A program made the position numbers and the translations under genes. Source: an uncultured virus (IMG/VR IMGVR_UViG_3300035698_026266) (taxonomy: Duplodnaviria > Heunggongvirae > Uroviricota > Caudoviricetes). From it: 20,000 bases of DNA. The stretch is from IMG/VR virus record IMGVR_UViG_3300035698_026266; one strand, 5' to 3'. Positions within the stretch are counted from its first letter, which is position 1, and the number at the start of each line of letters is the position of its first letter. The notes under the pieces were generated by a model. It was not told where the DNA came from. It worked only from the letters and a program-made list of their open reading frames with translations, and ran no database searches. Of the stretch, positions 16,644 to 20,000 are shown one piece after another.

Positions 16644-17404
16644 TGTCTATTAAAGAAACAATATATGAAGGCGATTGTTTGAGCATTATGCCAGAAATCG
16701 CCAAGTCTTCCATCGACATGGTGCTGTGTGACTTGCCTTATGGAACAACGCAAAACAAGTGGGATAGCGTTATCCCACTACAGCCCCTATGGGAACAATA
16801 TAAAAGAATTGTAAAACCAAATGGGGTCATATGCCTTACTTGTCAAGGAATGTTTACAGCACAATTGATGATGAGTAACGCAAAAATGTTTAAATATAAA
16901 TTGGTTTGGGAAAAATCAAAACCAACTAATTTTTTAAATGCAAAACATCAGCCTTTGCGTAAGCATGAAGACATTTGTATATTTTATAAAAAAACTCCTG
17001 TTTATAATCCGCAATTTTCAGAAGGTGAAGCATACTCTAAAGGAATTAGAAAAGCGCAACAAACAGGTAGTTATGGAAAATTCAATCCTGTTTTAGTAGA
17101 AAGTAAAGGTAAGCGTTATCCTACAGATATAATCTACTTTAAAACCGCTGAATCAGAAGGCAAGGTTTATCATCCCACTCAAAAGCCTGTAGATTTAGCA
17201 CGCTACTTGATTCGCACTTATACTAATCCGGGGGATACAGTAATGGATAATGCTTTTGGAAGTGGCAGTTTTCTTGTGGCTGCAAAAAAAGAAGACCGTA
17301 ACTACATTGGTATTGAAAAGAATGAAAATTCTAAACGATTTGAAAACGATAATATAGATTTTGTAAAAATTGCTAAAAATCGTTTGGCAAATTGTTTAGA
17401 TTAA
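16643..17404 (+). CDS. DNA amino-methyltransferase (N6A/N4C, beta class)
   Basis: GDCL, DLPYG (motif IV), HPTQKP, DNAFGSGS (motif I), IGIE; start moved from TTG 16598 to ATG 16643. Confidence 0.85.
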   Translation: MSIKETIYEGDCLSIMPEIAKSSIDMVLCDLPYGTTQNKWDSVIPLQPLWEQYKRIVKPNGVICLTCQGMFTAQLMMSNAKMFKYKLVWEKSKPTNFLNAKHQPLRKHEDICIFYKKTPVYNPQFSEGEAYSKGIRKAQQTGSYGKFNPVLVESKGKRYPTDIIYFKTAESEGKVYHPTQKPVDLARYLIRTYTNPGDTVMDNAFGSGSFLVAAKKEDRNYIGIEKNENSKRFENDNIDFVKIAKNRLANCLD

Positions 17405-17456
17405 CCGTATAACGATTCTGTTTTACTGTTAGTTAAATGTAAAAAAGGAGTTTGAT

Positions 17457-17957
17457 ATGGAAAAAAATATTTATAATGAAATACGCAGAGATATTGAAAT
17501 TTTCAATATAGAAAAAGCAAAACTGAATCAGTTTAGTTTTTTTGAACAAGAGCTTGGACCAATACAAAAAAAATTAGTTGAGGCATTGAAGTCTGGAAAT
17601 TACAAACAAGGAATTAACGAATTAGTTTCTGGATTGTTTGTTAAAACTTATTGCATTCTAGGAGTAGCTTGTGAATTAGCCAGTAAAGAAAATATTGTTG
17701 CCAAACGTCTTTTTAATACTTACGACGATGATTCAATGGTCCTTCCTAGAAAAGTCCAAGTTTATTATGAGTTTGTAACCAATATGGGTTATATTAATAC
17801 AGAAAGAATTCTAGAAATTGAAAAAAATAAAAAATTAGATTTTAGAAATTATAAGTTTTTATCCTTATCAAGCATGAATGATTTTGGGGTAAGCTTTAAT
17901 GATCTTGCAGATTTATTAGAAGAATTTCCTTGGTTGTTTTTCAAAAAGGCCGTTTAA
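17457..17957 (+). CDS. hypothetical phage protein (ALxSGxYxQG / CxLGV / NDxGxSF type)
   Basis: Strong RBS AAGGAG; paralog of 16254..16613. Confidence 0.7.
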   Translation: MEKNIYNEIRRDIEIFNIEKAKLNQFSFFEQELGPIQKKLVEALKSGNYKQGINELVSGLFVKTYCILGVACELASKENIVAKRLFNTYDDDSMVLPRKVQVYYEFVTNMGYINTERILEIEKNKKLDFRNYKFLSLSSMNDFGVSFNDLADLLEEFPWLFFKKAV

Positions 17958-17964
17958 AATCTCC

Positions 17965-17980
17965 TGTACATTAATCTACA
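17965..17980 (+). promoter_or_regulatory. putative phage promoter (variant) of tilS
   Basis: AAAATCTCC TGTACATTA atctac A, immediately followed by RBS AAGGAG. Confidence 0.6.
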
Positions 17981-17991
17981 AAGGAGACTAC

Positions 17992-18654
17992 ATGAATAAT
18001 AGAATTAAATATAGGCATTTGTTTGACAAAAAAACAAAAATTTATGTTGCCGTTAGTGGCGGGGTAGATTCAATCGCAGCAGCGCATTTTTTAAATGCTC
18101 ACAACTTTAATATGGGGGTTTTCCATTTTAATCATAAAACAAGTGACATTAATGATGAAATGCAAAATAAAGTAATTGATTTCGCAAAAGAAATTGGAGT
18201 TGAGTGTGTAGTAAAAAAAAGAGAATGCGAACTTGATGAATCGCAATCTAAAGAAGCAGCTTTGAGAGATTGTAGAATTAAAGCCTTGTCAGGATTAGGC
18301 AATGTAGTATTAGCACATCACATTAACGATTGCGTGGAAAGTTATTTAATGAATTCTTTTAAAGGCATTCCAGAAAGAGTGCCTATCCCTATTATTACTT
18401 CATTAAATAAAGGCTATATTTATAGGCCATTCATGTTGACTCGTAAAAAATCATTTGTAAATTATGTAAACAATTTCGAATTAAACAAATTTATTGTAGA
18501 AGACCCAACAAATAAAGATTCTGATTACGGTATGAGAAATTGGGTTAGAAATGAAATCATTCCTACAATTGAAAAAAAATATAAAGGGTTGACGAAAATT
18601 GTAGTTAAAAAAATGAACCTTTATTATGAAGAAAAAAAACTAAAAGCAATTTAA
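17992..18654 (+). CDS. tilS: tRNA(Ile)-lysidine synthetase, catalytic domain only
   Basis: VAVSGGVDS PP-loop, HFNH, EAALR, LAHHINDCVES, RPF, EDPTN, RNWVRNEIIP. Confidence 0.85.
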   Translation: MNNRIKYRHLFDKKTKIYVAVSGGVDSIAAAHFLNAHNFNMGVFHFNHKTSDINDEMQNKVIDFAKEIGVECVVKKRECELDESQSKEAALRDCRIKALSGLGNVVLAHHINDCVESYLMNSFKGIPERVPIPIITSLNKGYIYRPFMLTRKKSFVNYVNNFELNKFIVEDPTNKDSDYGMRNWVRNEIIPTIEKKYKGLTKIVVKKMNLYYEEKKLKAI

Positions 18655-18665
18655 AGGGAAGTAAA

Positions 18666-19088
18666 ATGCAAGAATATACAGTTAGAGTTTATGGAAATGT
18701 TGAAGATTGGTATCAAAATGGGCAACTTCATCGTCTTGATGGTCCCGCAACAAAATATAAAAATGGTGATAAATATTGGTATCAAAACGGTAAACTCCAT
18801 CGCACCGATGGACCTGCATGTGAATGGTCAGATGGTGCTAAATATTGGTATCAAAACGGTAAACTCCATCGCACCGATGGACCTGCTGTAGAATGTGCAA
18901 ATGGCGATAAAGAATATTGGCAAAACGGCGAACTTCATCGAGTTGATGGGCCTGCTGTAGTGTACGCAGACGGATATAAAGAATATTGGGAAAAAGGCTT
19001 TCGAATGCCCGATCCCAATAACGTAAAAGAAATGACAGTAGCGGAAATTTCTACTAAGCTCGGACATAATGTAAAAGTCGTAAAATAG
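18666..19088 (+). CDS. 23-aa repeat protein (WYQNGxLHRxDGPA; MORN-like) #1
   Basis: Four full repeats; C-terminal KEMTVAEISTKLGHNVKVVK; 48-bp identical block at 18770-18817 / 18839-18886. Confidence 0.85.
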   Translation: MQEYTVRVYGNVEDWYQNGQLHRLDGPATKYKNGDKYWYQNGKLHRTDGPACEWSDGAKYWYQNGKLHRTDGPAVECANGDKEYWQNGELHRVDGPAVVYADGYKEYWEKGFRMPDPNNVKEMTVAEISTKLGHNVKVVK

Positions 19089-19118
19089 ATTGTGTTTTAA
19101 AAAAGAAATAATACCACC

Positions 19119-19544
19119 ATGCAAACATATCAAGTAAAAATTAGCAACAAATGCGTCGTATGGTATCAAAATGGCGTATTGCATCGCCTAGATGGACCTG
19201 CAATTGAGTATCTTAACGGTTGTCGTAAAGAATGGTATCAAAACGGTAAACGCCATCGAATCGATGGGCCTGCAATTGAATGTTTTAGTGGCACTAAATC
19301 TTGGTATCAAAATGGTCGGAAACATCGTTTAGACGGTCCTGCTATTGAGTGTTTTAATGGTCGTAAAGAATGGTGGGTAAATGGATTTCGTCATCGAACG
19401 GGCGGACCAGCAATCAAAGGTAAAAACGGCACTAAATCATATTGGGAAAATGGAAAACCAATCTATAATCCTAATGAAGCAAAAGAAATGACTGTATCTG
19501 AAATTGCAAAAGAACTCGGTTATAATGTCAAAGTCGTAAAGTAG
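19119..19544 (+). CDS. 23-aa repeat protein #2
   Basis: Four repeats; C-terminal KEMTVSEIAKELGYNVKVVK. Confidence 0.85.
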   Translation: MQTYQVKISNKCVVWYQNGVLHRLDGPAIEYLNGCRKEWYQNGKRHRIDGPAIECFSGTKSWYQNGRKHRLDGPAIECFNGRKEWWVNGFRHRTGGPAIKGKNGTKSYWENGKPIYNPNEAKEMTVSEIAKELGYNVKVVK

Positions 19545-19546
19545 TT

Positions 19547-19562
19547 TGTACCTTAGAATGTG
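19547..19562 (+). promoter_or_regulatory. putative phage promoter
   Basis: TGTACCTTA gaatgt G; RBS AAGGG before ATG 19589. Confidence 0.75.
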
Positions 19563-19588
19563 AATCAAACCTTAAAAGGGAAACAATA

Positions 19589-20000
19589 ATGCAAGAATAT
19601 ACTGTTAAAGTCTATGATTATGGAACAGAATGGTATCAAAACGGAAAACGCCATCGAATTGATGGTCCTGCAATCGAATTCAATAATGGGGAAAAATTTT
19701 GGTATCAAAACGGAAAACTCCATCGAATTGATGGCCCTGCTGCTGAACGTAAAAATGGCATTAAATCTTGGTATCAAAACGGAAAACTTCATCGAATTGA
19801 TGGACCCGCAATTGAAAGTGCTGATGGGGGTAAATCTTGGTATCAAAATGGGGAACGTCATCGTACTGACGGGCCTGCTGTAGAATGGGATGGCGGTGGT
19901 ACTAAACATTGGTGTCAAAACGGAGAATATCATAGAACTGATGGACCTGCAATTATATGGTCTGATGGCACTAAATTTTGGTATCAAAATAATCGATATC
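19589..20000 (+). CDS. 23-aa repeat protein #3 (runs off the window; not in the ORF track)
   Basis: ATG 19589 gives MQEYTVKVYDYGTEWYQNGKRHRIDGPAIEFNNGEKF...; at least five repeats, open to the window end. Confidence 0.85.
   Translation, partial: MQEYTVKVYDYGTEWYQNGKRHRIDGPAIEFNNGEKFWYQNGKLHRIDGPAAERKNGIKSWYQNGKLHRIDGPAIESADGGKSWYQNGERHRTDGPAVEWDGGGTKHWCQNGEYHRTDGPAIIWSDGTKFWYQNNRY

Noticed and set aside
3253..19562. TGTACCTTA motif as an integron attC or recombination site
   Set aside because: Non-palindromic, no GTTRRRY core, no integrase in the window; the fixed N6-purine spacing fits a promoter better.
419..19987. Short overlapping or antisense ORFs in the track (e.g. 419..646, 1382..1654, 9192..9599, 14835..15143, 18828..19184, 19565..19987, 19614..19883)
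   Set aside because: Shadow frames of longer, motif-bearing genes, with no recognisable domains.
18700..20000. CRISPR array (69-bp periodicity)
   Set aside because: The repeats are in-frame protein-coding units with synonymous variation, and no cas genes are present.

Overview
AT-rich, densely coding window, almost entirely + strand, most consistent with a large (jumbo-type) dsDNA bacteriophage using standard code 11. It carries a PspA/IM30-like gene with a membrane partner, a UvrD/Rep helicase split into two genes, a sigma70-family factor, a RuvB-like ATPase, ArdC-like, SAM methyltransferase, macrodomain and GroES-like genes, tRNA-Ile2(CAU) plus a TilS lysidine synthetase, rIIB- and rIIA-like genes in reversed order, a DNA methyltransferase, and a tandem array of 23-aa-repeat proteins. 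The main non-coding signal is a motif, YTGTACCWTA-N6-(G/A), seen 12 times on the + strand ahead of genes. It looks like a phage-specific promoter with a fixed start site, plausibly read by the encoded sigma factor, and one copy sits exactly in the break of the split helicase. Protein family calls come from motif recognition by eye; no database searches were run.
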